A stretch of 64,000 nt of DNA from Nageia nagi (Eukaryota > Plantae > Pinophyta): the NCBI GenBank assembly GCA_050084985.1, contig JBITNC010000002.1, positions 7,936,001 to 8,000,000 on the forward strand, written 5' to 3'. Both the position numbers and the translations under genes were made by a program. A model generated the notes under the pieces. The model saw only the letters and a list, made by a program, of their open reading frames with translations. It did not search any database and was not told the origin of the DNA. Positions 1 through 13,282 of the stretch are shown here, piece by piece (position 1 is the first letter of the stretch; each line of letters starts with the position of its first letter).

Positions 1-2027
1 ACTAAGTTACCCTTGATTTACAAATAACTTCCTAATATATGTAGATATTAATGAGTCATCACATAAATAATTACTAGTATTTTATTTTTATATATTTATT
101 TGGAAAAGATTATCATAAATTAAAATCATGTTCATAAAGATGAGTGGATATTTATCTTACATAATATCAATGCTTACCTTGCATGCATTGCTCTTAATAA
201 CAAATATTTTACTAATACTAAATATTATGAGAATTGGTATGGTGCATATAATGAGTTTTGGGTAATTGTATATTCATGTAGATACCTATATTTTTTTATT
301 TAATTAAATATATATAATTTAGGTATATATAAAGTAAATTCATTCAGGATGGAAAAAAATAAAAAAGAGTAAATTCAAATTTTAATATATGATGTTACTT
401 TATGTAATGTGAATTCAAATGCATTGATATAAATGATCAATATCATTTTATTTTTAAATAACCAATGCTCTTGATAATATTTTTATCAAATTCTCTCTAA
501 GAGAAACTACACAAGGAAATTATCCAAGGATATCAATTGTACATATTTAAAAAAAGGGTAAATTTTGCATTAATAAAAAAGTGAAGTTTTTAAAGGAACT
601 TTGAAACCTTTACATCTTCGCTTGATCCAAAATTACAAAATGTTCAACTAGTTCAACTATTCAACTAGCATGTATCTATTTTTATATTGTTTCATTCTCC
701 TATAATCCATTTGTTCTTCTTGCAAGTGCTAGAATATTTCTAAGTTTACTATCAAATTACAAAGGCTAAATCCAAATGCATCATAGTAGCTTATTTTGTT
801 TCTTGGTGGGTACATGTATTTATTATATATTCAAAACAATAAAAGAAAGGAAAGCTGAGGAGAGTACAACATTGCAGTGTTTAGGTTGTATCCTTCTTTC
901 CCAAGTCATCTACCAACTGTAAAATATGTTCTTTTTTTCCTCCTAGGAAGATAAAGTTCATCTTAATGTGCATGTTCTTGAAGTAGTTGTTATACATCTT
1001 TTTTGTAAGACTATCTAGAACTCTGGGTTTTCTCCTTCAAATATTAAACTTGGTTCCCCTTTTTGCAACATCGTTTATGATAACATTTGGTTATGGAACA
1101 GAATATCTCTTTGTATCCTAACAAAAATTCCTTTTGGTATTTGATTATTTCCAAATGGGCATGTTATAGCCTCAATTAGCTTTGGTGGCTCCTCCTATTC
1201 TTTCTTGTTGCTTGTACCCTCAACTTCTTATTCTAAGTTTGTTTTCTTCTTCTCCATTCCTCTTGTTTTGATTTGATACTTCTATGGTGGGTTTGTATCA
1301 TCAAGGTTTATGGTTTGTATTTATGGTTGAACATCCTTATTGATATGCATTTCCTTTTGTTTACCTCAAATTCTTGTTGAAACTGCTCCCACATGCTTTT
1401 CATATTCCTCTCTTTGGTGTGTTTCCACCATGTTGGGTGCTTTATTCCTCTTTTTATTGGTAGATTGTATTCTTTTTATGTTTCACACTTCTCCTTGATG
1501 GTTGATTGTTGTACCATTTTGTGCTACACTCTTCTCCTTTCCCTCTTCCCCACATGCACTTTCCTTTGTACCTTATGGTTTATTAGTGCTTCCCTTTTCT
1601 ACTATTGTATGTTAGAAATATTAGTGATAGAAATATTTTATGTTATGAGTCAGTACATTTTTTAGTTAGTTATCTAAAGTGGTTATATCAACCACTTTTT
1701 TTGTTATTTATAAGAATCATCTTTAGTTCTAATAAACTATGGATTAGTTTTGTGTTACTTCTAATTTGGTATCAGATCGCAAGCATCAAATGATGATTGG
1801 GTAACTGCTAGAATTCATATATGTCACTAGGATCGAGGACATCCAACATCCTATAGAATCTTGTGTATTGTATTACCGTGTGTTTATCCTCCATATTGTG
1901 TTGTACTCAAAATTACATGAGGTAGGAGTCTGCTCAACACACACCAAGAATGTGATGCATATGAATGAAAACAATTGAGAAAGTCTATGTAGAAACACTA
2001 TGCTATTGAAGATTGATTGTGTTGCCA

Positions 2028-5000
2028 TGTAATGTCCTCAATGTTGAGAAACCTTGTAGAAGGCATAACTTTCGTCACAAGTCTTGGATCACCTATTTGT
2101 CTTTTGGAATGGATGGATAATATTCTACTAATCATTTTAAAAGGTCATACAACATGGTTCCATCAAGGAACGAGGGAGATATGGACTTTTGAGGTTTTTC
2201 CAAGAAGCTAGGGTTCTAATATCATGACCAACGAAAGTCAACTAGAGTAAAGTTATTTTATTAAAAGTCAACCATGAGTTTAATTATTTGTGATTTCAAG
2301 GTAAAGGCACCTATAAAAGGAGGAGAGATTCACAACTTAAGCATCATCATAATTTGGCATTTGATCTTAGATCATCTCGAAGTTAGGGATACTCCCTCTC
2401 TTCCTTGTATGGTCTATGGCTGCTCCCTAGCCTAGAAGTGGCACATTCGCAATCACATACACTTGGAGAGCTTGCACCAACATTGAAGGACCTTTTATCC
2501 CTATAGCTAGACCTTGGTAGTTATAAAGAGACTTATGCCAAACATTCTTGCTACTTGGATACTTACACCATCCATTAGGAGTATTTGATGTGCATTTTTG
2601 GAGTCTTGGGATTTTCCATAGAACTTGTTACATGCTTGTTACTATCAAAAATTTTGATCAATAAAAAAAAAAGAGAAAAAAAAGGTAAAAATTACAAGGC
2701 ATATTCTAGAGGTCATAAATTTTGACTCAAAACTCATTTTGAACCCATTTTTTTCAAAAGCATGCAAAATTAGAAAATCTATAATTTTGTCATATCTTCC
2801 TAGGGAGATATTATTTAAGTCCTAAAGCATCCACCTTATGGATGAAATTAGCTGGAGAACATAATTATGCCAAATAAGAATGAGTTGGCAATGTGATCAT
2901 CCTTAGCTCCTTCAAATGTTATAAAAGGAGGATTTTAGGATGGGGCCTGGGAGGGATGAGATGTAGCTCTTGGAGAGAAATATCCCAAAGGGGATTTGAT
3001 GTAGGTTTAATGAATGTAGAAAACTTCATTTTATTCTAAAATTCATGGAAAATATCATAGCCATGAAAGTAAATGGTGGAGGAGCATCATAGAATTTGCA
3101 TATTATGTATAACTCCATGAGGTTATTAGTAAATTGTGTATAGATAGATTTCCTATTGAGGATAGTACTCTCATAACAAGGGGATGTACTCTCATAACAA
3201 AGAGAGGAACCTCTATAAAATCCTTATGTTCTTTATGTGGATTTGCATGATTATTTCTATTTTGTGCATATTAAGAACATAGATAAAGTGAAAGATGATA
3301 ATTTCATAAATTTGTATGTGATGTTTCCTTATGAGCTATAAGCTCCAGAAAATTACAGATCATGTGGTATTAGAACTAGTTGAGATTGCCTTGGGATTGT
3401 GCAGAGTTTTTTGAAAAAAGAAAAGAGGATGAAATATGTGCAGAGAAGGCATAACTTCAGAAGGGAGAATGATTCCTAAGAAATCCTTAAGCATTTGGGA
3501 ACCAAATGCCTCTTGATTGAGGAGGTGTGATCAGAAGAATTGATCAATGAAAAAAAAAGGCTAAAATAATCAAGCAACTTCTAGATGTCATAACTTTTGG
3601 CTCGAAACTTCTAGAAGTCATAACTTTTGGCTCGAAAATCTATAATTCAGTCACATCTTCCTAGATAGATGTTATTGAAGTCCTAAAATGTCCACCTTTA
3701 TGGACGAAATTAGTTGACAAAAAATCATGATACCAAATAAGAATGAGTTGGCAATGTCATCATCCTTAGCTCCTTTAAATGTTATAAAAGGAGGGTTTTA
3801 GGATGGGGGAAAAAATCGTAGGAGGGATGAGATGTAGCTCTTGGAGAGAAATATCCCAAGGGGGATTTGATGTAGGTTTTATGAATGTATAAAACTTTAT
3901 TTGTTCTAAACTTCATGGAAAATATCATAGCCATGAGAGTAAATGGTGGATGAGCATCATAGAATTTGCATATTATGTTTGACTCTAAGAGGGGGTTAGT
4001 AAATTGTGTAGAGATAGATCGCTTGGTGAGGATAGTGTCAGTCACATTAGGAGTGAAATTGTTGTATATAGCAGATGCAATAATAAGTTATTTCTACATT
4101 TCAATATTCTCTTAGGATTGATTGTCTATAAGTGGAGATTAGCCAAAGAATCCTCCATTCTTGGGTGATCAATATGATCCAATAAATTATGGCAATTTCA
4201 AATTTGATTTGGTTGATTTTAGAGGAGCAAGAAAGCATGGAAAATGGAAAATGTGAATGTCCAAAAATTAAAGGCAGTATTCAGTATCTCCATGATTGTA
4301 AGCTTCATCCTTATCAATAATAAAATCAAAGAAAAGAGATCATTTTGTAAGGGGATGTACTCTCACAACAAAGAAAGGAACCTCTATAAAATCTCTATGT
4401 TCTTTATGTGGATTTGCATGATTATTTTTGTTTTGTGTCTATTAAGAAGATAGTAAACATGAAAAATGATAATTTCATAAAAATGTATGTGATGTTTTCT
4501 TATTATTATTACATATCAGTTACAACCCTATACTTATTCTTGATTATTATTCATGATAATTGGCTCTCATATTGCTCATCGAATGTGAATGAATGTTCTT
4601 CTACTATTGATGTATTGTTTTCATTCATTGTGCATCGGAATGTATGTGGATTAAAGTATTTTGCATGCATATTATTGTTATGTTACAAATATGCAATTGT
4701 TTCCTAGTTTGGTTGGTCTCACATGTTGTATGAGCTTCTTCACTACTATATATCAGATTTGGTTACAATTGTGCCCTAATTTGTGAATCAATGCAAAATT
4801 AGTTCAGTAATTATGCATGTTTAGCATAAGCCTTAGAAGGGTACATTACAGTGGTATCAGAGCTTAGAAATTCCTACCAGCCTATGAGGGGAATGATACC
4901 TAGGGTTTGAAGAGATGGCTTATACACATGAATAATTGAATACTATGGTAGGATTGTTAACCCAACTAGTGTAAAAATTTGATCGGCTCTCTTAGCCCCA

Positions 5001-7945
5001 TCAAAATAAATCTAGGGTTACCATACAAGATCAATGAAAAAATCAAAATGGCATGAACATAAGAAATAGGAAGATAGTTCGTCCTACTCTGAAACCCATG
5101 AATGCACAAGAGCAAGGTAGTAATCAGAAATTAGATGAATAAATGGACATTTAGTTCATAAAATACCAAAGTAAGAGCCATGATTTCAAGCTAATTATTT
5201 CATTTGAAAGCAATATGAACATCTTGGAAAAAAAATTGATGAATGGAGCAAGTACTACAAGTATCTTTGAGTACCTATGTTCAATGGAAGCAACATCTCT
5301 ATTAAGGATTGGCTACAAAATATGAAGACTTACTTAACTCTTCATCCATTGAATGGAAGAGATTCAATATAATATGTCATCTCGAGGACAAATCATATGA
5401 ATGATGGCATAATGACCTCACCACTTTAGGGCATGAAAGCATTTCCACTTTTGAATAATTTAGCTAAAACATCCATGAGTGATTTGAAAGGAAAAAAGAA
5501 GACAAATTCTTGGAAGATTTGACTCTTTTTCAGCAAGTGACAATCATGGAAGCCTATGTTGGAGACTTTCAAAGGACTGGAGGAACCACTAAAAGGTTTG
5601 GTCAAGGCCTTTAACCCCTTCACTTTGAAATATGCAATTAAAAGAGCTCTAGGATTTGAATCTTCAACTATATCATCAAGGGATAATTCAAAAGAGATTT
5701 ATCAACCACCACACAAAAAGAAATCAATCACTAATGAGGAGGAATAATCAAATACAAAGGCATCATCTTACAAGGGAATAATTGAACCAAGAAAAAAGAA
5801 ATTACACATAGATCATAAGGAACGTTGGACATAAAAACTCAAGGATCAAAATGAAGTACCTATGAAGAAAGAATGCTATTCTTTTGCCACTCACAACGTG
5901 ACCCAAGAATTAATCATAAATTCAGCTCAAGATTCAATTGCAAATTTAGAAACATTGGAAACTATGAATGGTACAAATAAATTTTTCACCATTAAGGGAG
6001 AGCAGCTCATAACAAAGATATCACATGAAGAATACATCCCATCTCATAAGGTATGTTTAGATTCACAAAATAATTCTTTTGAAGTGCATACAATTACTGA
6101 AGATGATCTAGTTCACGATCTTTGTATGAAAACTATGACAACAAAAGAAGATATTATCTTGCCAAAAGAGGAATCATGCCAAGAAGATATCAAAAGAAGA
6201 GTGATTTTGAGAAAGAGTTCAATGTTGAAGACAATGACAGTGACACATTACTACATGAGGTTGTTAAAGAACAAAGTGATGTAGATTATGTGATGAAGAA
6301 TGTGAAAAAAGGGGTAGAAAATATTGATGTTATAAGTCCAAATTTTAAGAGCTACTCCATGGGTAAAATACAATAATTTGGTAAGGAAAACTTGGTGTCA
6401 AAGATGGGATTGGAGGTCAAGGATATCAAAGCTTCATATCTAATGTACCATAAGGAAGATGATGACACCCATGACAATTCATGTAGTGGTATTGATACTT
6501 GTAATGAAGGTTGGAGAGAACAATTAATAGTGATTTTTGAACATGAGGGGCACACTTTGTCCAAAATAAATGACTCCTTGGTACTTATTGAGAATTTGAT
6601 ATTTCATAAACAAAAGGCTACCCTTACTAATTTGCAAAGTATCTTGGGCACTATGAGGGAGTTAAGGTTAATTTGTTTGCACACATTCAGCAATAGGCTA
6701 CTCATAGATGAAGTCCTCAAGTGAATTATCAGCCAAAGGTATGAAAACAACTCTTTCACTTGCTATGGGTTTGACATTTGTCATTGGAAAGAGCAATTGA
6801 TTATCACTAGGGATAGGGAGATACATATTTTATCAAAATTTGAAGAATAAATAAGGTTTGTTGATCATTGGATATATATTGGACAAGTTGTTTCCTCTCA
6901 AGACTTGAATATCATTACAGTTGGATTCAATTTAGTGCATTGATATGTGTGTTTTTATTGCTTGAGGACAAGCAATGTTAGGAAGGAAAACTTGCACTAT
7001 CCCTAATTTTGATCAACCTTGTAGAAAGCATAACTTTCATCACATGTATTGGATCATTGATATATATTTTGGAATGGATGGAGAATCTTCTACCAATCAT
7101 TTTGATAGGTCATTCAACATGGTTCCATCAAGGAATGAGGGAGATATGGACTTTTGAAGTTCACCCAGGAAGCCAAGATTCTAATATCACGTCTAAGGCA
7201 AAGTTGGCTAGAGTAAAGTTATTTTATTCCAAGTTGGTGAGGAGTTTAATTATTGGTGATTTCAAGGTAAAGGAACCTATAAAAGGAGGATAGATTCACC
7301 ACTTAAACATCATCAGAATTTGGCATTTGATCTCGGATCATCTCAAAGTTATAGATGCTCCCCTCTCTTACTTCTATGGTCTAAGGTTGCTTCCTAGCCT
7401 ATAAGTGGCACATTCATAATTACATACACTTAGTGAGGTTGTGACAATAGTGGATGACCTTCTAGCCCTAGCGCTAAACCTTTAGTGCTATAAAGAGACT
7501 TTCACAAGCTGTTAGAATTCTTTGTTGTGTATTTTTGGAGTCTTGGAATTTACCCTAAGACTTGTTATAGCCCTATACTTATTCTTAATTATTATTCATG
7601 ATATTTGGCTCTCATTTTGCTCATCAAATGTGAATGAATTTTCTACTATTGTTGTATTGTTATCATTCATTGTGCATGGGAATGTATGCAGATTAGAGTG
7701 TTTTGGATACATATTATTGTTATGTTATAGATCTACAATTGTGCCCTAGTTTGGTTGGTGTCACATGTTGTATGAGCTCCTTCACTTTTATATAACATAT
7801 ATGATTATAGTTATAATATTTTAATCTTGAGGGAATTATTGGATGATGAATGAGCATTTACTATTGTGCCCTAATTTGTGAATGAATACAAAATTGGTTG
7901 AGTAATTGTGCATGTTTAGTATAAGCCCTAGAAGGGCACATTACA
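2028..7945 (+). mobile_element. Non-autonomous Gypsy (chromovirus-like) LTR element nested in the Copia element
   Basis: TG...CA ends with a perfect TSD TGCCA (2023-2027, 7946-7950). 5' LTR 2028-4850 (contains an insertion), PBS TGGTATCAGAGC at 4852-4863, PPT AGGAAGGAAAA at ~6980-6990, 3' LTR 6993-7945. Gag remnants VPMFNGS..KDWLQ and GLEEPLKGLVKAFNPFTLKYAIKRA, plus the terminal LEDKQ motif at 6961. Confidence 0.9.
2643..4518 (+). mobile_element. Miniature non-coding LTR element (TRIM/LARD-like) inserted in the 5' LTR of the Gypsy element
   Basis: Direct repeats at 2643-3362 and 3528-4518 end TTACAGATCA and TTACATATCA. PBS-like TGGTATTAGAAC at 3365-3376, PPT GAGGAGG at ~3519-3525, TSD GTTAC (2638-2642, 4519-4523). 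The segment is absent from the host's 3' LTR. Confidence 0.85.
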
Positions 7946-8379
7946 TGCCACTATGAAGGTTGTGAGGTGAGAGAAGAGTTAGTTTCTAGACTAATGTGAA
8001 AAATGTAATCTTCAAATGATGCTCCATTGTGTTGTTGATTTTGTATGATTGAAACGATCTATTTCTCATGATCAGAGTGCATGAAGGAGAGTATTATTAT
8101 GTATGCAAGGAAGAGTCTCTTCTTTGTATATGTGCAAGTAAAAGGAGAATGCAAATGGAAAAGGAGAAGGCATGTTTGTAAAAATAATAATGCAATCATT
8201 TCATTTTTGTGTAGAGACCCAAGAGGATGCATTACATATGGTGTTATTTTGTAAAGAAAGTACATATTATTTTTGTGGCTGAGAAAAGTGCATTACAGTA
8301 ATGAAAGAGAAGTCTTTGCAAGTGAAACGAACTGCACAAAATGATTTTTATTTGGGGAAGTAAGATCAATGTATTGTGA

Positions 8380-9200
8380 TTATTTTTCAAACATGGCTAA
8401 AATCATTTAAGTTCCAAAATTTGAAAGAAAATATATTCATACTTGGCAAATAAAGTTGCAACTAATTCTTATTGAAAAATATCTCTAGAATATTTTCTAT
8501 GGAACAATTCCAAATCCAATAGTTAATGAAATACTAACATGGACTACCAAGGATCAAAGAGTACTAACTTTGATTGCTTTAGGGCTCTCAGATGCTTATC
8601 TCCATCACATTGATTTCTCCAAGGCATCAAAAGAAGTTTAGGATGCACTTAATACTTTATTTGGATCACAAGCCTCCAATGCTAAGATGGCATTGAAAAA
8701 AATATTATTTCGGTTGAAAATGGAAGAAGGTGAGGGCATTGTTCAACATATTAGTAAGTTTTGATATTTGATTAATCAACTTTCTGACATAAAAGAAAAA
8801 GTAGAAGTTGATGATGCTAAAGCTATTCTTTTGAACAGTATGCCACCTAGTTTTGCTAGTGTTGTGTTTACTTTAAACAAGATTAGTATCACTTTAGAAA
8901 GAGATTATTTCTACATTGATTGATGAACTAAGAAAGTCTCAAAAGAGAAATAAATTGTTATGGTTTCTAAGAAAAATATTTTTTTGGATCCAAGAAACGT
9001 TTGTCTACCAAAACTCCATCCTATTATTGTAAAAAACAAGGCATTTTATTATGAATTTCAAGCAAAGAGTGAAGGATTTACTTGATGATAATATGAAGAT
9101 AGATCAAGCTAATTTTTCCAATGATGATGAAGAATGTATTTTTGGAGCGCATACTACAAATACTCCATATGGGGATACTAAGGAGGAATATGCTCTTTGA
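8380..9200 (+). pseudogene. Copia gag remnant (UBN2/Retrotran_gag_2-like)
   Basis: Translates as WTTKDQRVLTLIALGLSDAYLHHIDFSKASKEV*DALNTLFGSQASNAKMALKKILFRLKMEEGEGIVQHI...AILLNSMPPSFASVV, the typical Copia gag pattern. Confidence 0.85.
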
Positions 9201-9822
9201 ATTTTTTTTTTTTTTTTAATTCTAATAAGTGTCAATGGATTTTTGCGTGTATGTAGATCGATTCACAAGAAGATAGTTATTGGATATGTGTGATGTGCTA
9301 GTTTCTATTCTTTCTTGGTTATGAAAAATCTAGATTATTATCATGAAAGTTGACATTTCTTCAAGGGAAGTATATGACATGATAGGATAGTTTATTGCAA
9401 TCTCATGCTACTTGATGATCATGGTCATTATGATAGTATAGTTTGTTATATACTACTGGATGGTTATGATGACAATCATTATGATAGTATAGTTTGGTGA
9501 AATTTGTATGTTATTGGATGGTTGTTTACTTATGTATCTTTGCTTGAATATCAGTGAGCCCATTGTCGTTGAGTATTTGATCAAGTGAGCCCATTGCCAT
9601 TGACAAATACAAAATGTTGTATTGATGTAATGACAAAATCTAGAGATTTGTCACTAAGGGAGGTGTTAGAAATATTCATGATAGAAATATTCTATGTTAC
9701 GAGTCGGTTTATTTTTTAGTTAGTTGTTTGAAGTGGTTACACTAACCATTTTTTTGTATGTATAAGCTCATTTTCAATTCTAATAAACTATGTCTCAAGT
9801 TTGTGTTACTTCTAATTTTGCA

Positions 9823-10823
9823 CACTTTGCCCCCATTTTTGTTAGTGTGACCTTTGGGGGCATTGTTATGTTATAGGTACTTGTATCCTTTTTTTCTTGT
9901 ATCTAAGGCATACCATTGATGGTTCCTCTTCCACCCCTTTGGGCTCTATGTTGCCTTTCTCCTTCCTCTTGGTGGCTTCATTTTTACCTGATTTATCCAT
10001 TTTCATTGTTGCACTTTGTTGTTCACTTGATTCTTCCTTTCTCTTTCTTTGATACTTCTTTATTTTGGGATCTTTCGGTTTGCATTACTTAGCCAAAGGT
10101 ACCTCCTCTTCCTCTTCACTTGTAACTACTTTCATCTTCTTGGGCCCTCTAGCTACAATTTCTTCACGTCCTACCATAATTCTAACTCTAGGATTCCTCC
10201 TCAATTAATTTTTCAATGCTCTATCATATACCAACTTTATCACCAATTCATGCAAGGGAACCTCTACCAAATTACTTTTGAATTTTCTAATTGAGATCAA
10301 CATCAAGTTGAGAATGAAAAAGGGAAAGTTTGCTCTATTTTTTGCAAGAAATTTTAAATAATTTAAAAAATCAAAGTGCTAGGATCTTACCACCTTGTGC
10401 CTCCCTTCAAGTTTGACATACATCATGAGAGCCCTTATCACTTCATCACATAGTTATAGGGGAATCAAAATTTTGATTCCAATTTGTATGGTTTCAACAC
10501 CTTGCCTTTCCTAAGGGACTTTTGAAATTTATCCCTAGCCATTAGTTTATCAATTTTATGCTCCCTATGAATTTTAGCTCCCTCATTTGGCATATGAATG
10601 CTTAGCCTATGATTTCCACTATGAAGGAGAACTCCAACTCGTTGACCTTACATATCCCCTCATTCCACAAATCTGCCACTTCAGTTGATAGTTGGTTATG
10701 ATATCCCCTGCAAGCTTCTATGAAGTACTTCACCGCCCCAATGCAAAGGATCCTCCAAAGTGATACATTATTTCTCATGTCCTTCATTGAAGTGAGTCCA
10801 ATCTTGACCAAATCCCCTCCCAT
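9823..10823 (-). pseudogene. Decayed extra ORF downstream of LINE ORF2; apparently continues at ~870-1604 beyond the nested insertion
   Basis: It starts MGGDLVKIG... (ORF 10602..10823) and, after breaks, reads EVIRALMMYVKLEGRHKVV..HF (~10375-10447). K/E-rich low-complexity coding-like sequence follows on both sides of the 1610-9817 insertion and ends near GYNL at ~885. Confidence 0.55.
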
Positions 10824-13282
10824 TTCTCTCTACTTTTATATTGCTCTTAGTTTTGGCTTTAGGTAATCCTCTCAATATTGTGAGCTTCAACTTCTCCTCC
10901 TTTGAATTTCAATTTAGCATGTAATTATTTCAAAATGAAGTTGTTGTACTTAATTTGGCTACATGCACACCATTGTTCTTCTCATCCCATCCTTTCCATG
11001 TGTTTTAACCACATTGGTTTCCATTTGATTTGTATAGATATCATAATTACTTATACATGTTAATTCGCACTCTATAGCTGTTGATGTGTATTGGTTTTAT
11101 CATATTTCTTAAAAGTTGTTTGAAATGGGGTTTTGTACACCCAGTAGTTATTGAATTATATGTTTCAAATAATCCTTTTCCTTACATCTTAATCTCCATA
11201 GACGAATGCCACTTGTATTGTTACCCTAGTGGGTTGGACTCTTTCCTTGCGCTAGCTATTTTCAAGTCTTTACTTAAAAATAAGCATAGCATTATTAATG
11301 TCTTTATGAGGTAATCATTTTATTATCCACAAAGTAGTCCATTTTTTTAATTTTATACATTTTCACTTACTCCATATGACTATAGAACACACATTCATTT
11401 GAATTAGCTACTTATGGTATGTTGCAATTCATTCCACATCCTTTCCTTTAGCTATGATTTTCATTCTATTTTGGATTAGCCTCCATTTTGAGGGATGTTA
11501 TCTCCATTCCTTTTATCCCTTATTACTCTAAAAATAATTATGTTATCGTATTCTTGTTGCAAGTATCTATGTTCTTTGTAGCCCTTAAGATGATTAATTC
11601 ATAGATGTAGTCAATACCTTTCTTTCTATTATTAAAGACTCTTTCATTCCTCTCTTTCCATATTTGCCAAAGAGTATGTGCCAAAATAAAATTCCATATT
11701 CCTTCTCTTATTTTACTAGATTTACTTGGGGTACATTGAATGATGATTTCTTTTAAGGTTTTTGGGAAGGCTCCCTAAACGTTAAACTCCTTCATTAATT
11801 TATTACATATCTTTGATGTGAAGTTACAAGGAATGAAAATGTGATCTTTTGATTCTTCTTCTCTATGGCATAAATTACATCAGTTTGGGATCTAGATAAC
11901 TTCCCTTTGAAGATTATCTCTTGTTTCTAGTTTGTTGTGTGCATCCAACCACATAAAGAATGAAATTTTAAGTATTAGTCCCTTTAGCCAGATCATGTTC
12001 CATAGTTCCTTATTTTCTTCACATGTCTCCTTATTCAACCATCTAAGTGCATGTATAACCATATATTCACCTAATTTGCAAATTGTTAAATTAGGAGTAT
12101 CCTTTTCATTATTGGACTTTCTTTCCCCTTGCTTCAAATCCCTAATGACTCTTTTAAATTGTTCTTCACTCTCCTTGTCTAGAGGCTCTTTAATCTACCA
12201 TCTTCCTTCCTGACTATTAAAGTAATCCCTTACCCAAACTTCTTGCTCCTTAATTGATCATTCTACCCCTCTCCTTAGCTTCTTGTAGCTTATTAAAGGT
12301 CTCTCTCTTATCCAAGCATCTTCCCATAAACAATAGAGTCTCCCTTGCCTATGGACCAACTTGTATTTCTTATTAGGATGTCTCTAATATCTACTAGTCC
12401 ATTCCAAAATGGAGATCCATAGGGTGGTTTTCCACCATTATGATTGAATTATTATTTTCCAAATAGTTAGCCTTACATATACTAATCCACTCTCTATCCT
12501 CTTCCTTTCCTAGTTTTAAAGCCATCTTTCCTCTTAGAGCCTAATTGAAGTGCTTCATTCTCCTCAAGTCTATTCCCCTCTGCTTCTTTCCCTACATATT
12601 TAATTCCATGCTACTAATGAAAATTTCTTTCTTTTTATTCCACCATCCTAGAGAAACCTTCAACAAATTTGATCTATTATTTTGATGGTTGTCCTTGGCA
12701 TTTTAAATACCATGGCATTGTAAATGAACATACTTTGAAGTATATGTTTGATCAGTAGTACTTTTGCAGCATAGATCAAAATTTTGCCTTTCCAACCTAA
12801 TAACTTCTCATTTACTTTGTCTAATAGGCTATGCCAATAATTGGTCCTAATTCTACCTATAAGAGTGGCATGCCTAGATATTTAGTTGGGAGTTCCTCCA
12901 TTTGGCATCCAAATATCCTCGCAAATTTATTTTGATTCTTGTTCATGGAGTTCAATAGGTATATCTTAGTTTTTTGCATATTCACTCTTTGGTGTGATGC
13001 TTTTTCATACAATCTTTTTAAATTACTTAGCTTCACTTTTTGTGGCCTACCCTATGAGCATTGTGTCATCAACATATTGGTGGTATGTTACTAGCTCACA
13101 CCATTTCACTGGTCTTATCCCAAAAAAATTCTTACCAAGTTGAATTTGCTTAATAGCTCTCTCTAAAGCCTCATTATTATAAAGAGATAGGGTGAGATGG
13201 GATCTTGGCCTTATCTTAGCCCTCTCTCTTATAAAAAGAATCCCACTAATTCACCATTCACTATTACTGAAAATTTAGGTGT

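Larger units (their letters stand above)
1610..9817 (+). mobile_element. Non-autonomous Copia-type LTR element (gag only, TR-GAG-like) with ~155 bp LTRs
   Basis: LTRs at 1610-1766 and 9664-9817 (TGTTAGAAAT...TTCTAATT). PBS TGGTATCAGA at 1767, purine tract AAGGGAGG just before 9664, TSD TTGTA/TTGCA (1605-1609, 9818-9822). No pol detected. Confidence 0.9.
820..13282 (-). mobile_element. Degenerate L1-type LINE (3' part), interrupted by the LTR nest at 1610-9817 and truncated at ~13282
   Basis: Minus-strand translation gives TPKFSVIVNG (~13255-13282), an RGLR..DPISP motif (~13190-13225), HQYVDDT (~13063-13083), YLGMP (~12868-12882), a zf-RVT-like segment (ORF 11892..12137, FMWLDAHNKLETRDNL) and IWKERNERVF (~11635-11665). 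Many stops and frameshifts. The 3' end near 820 is approximate. Confidence 0.85.
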
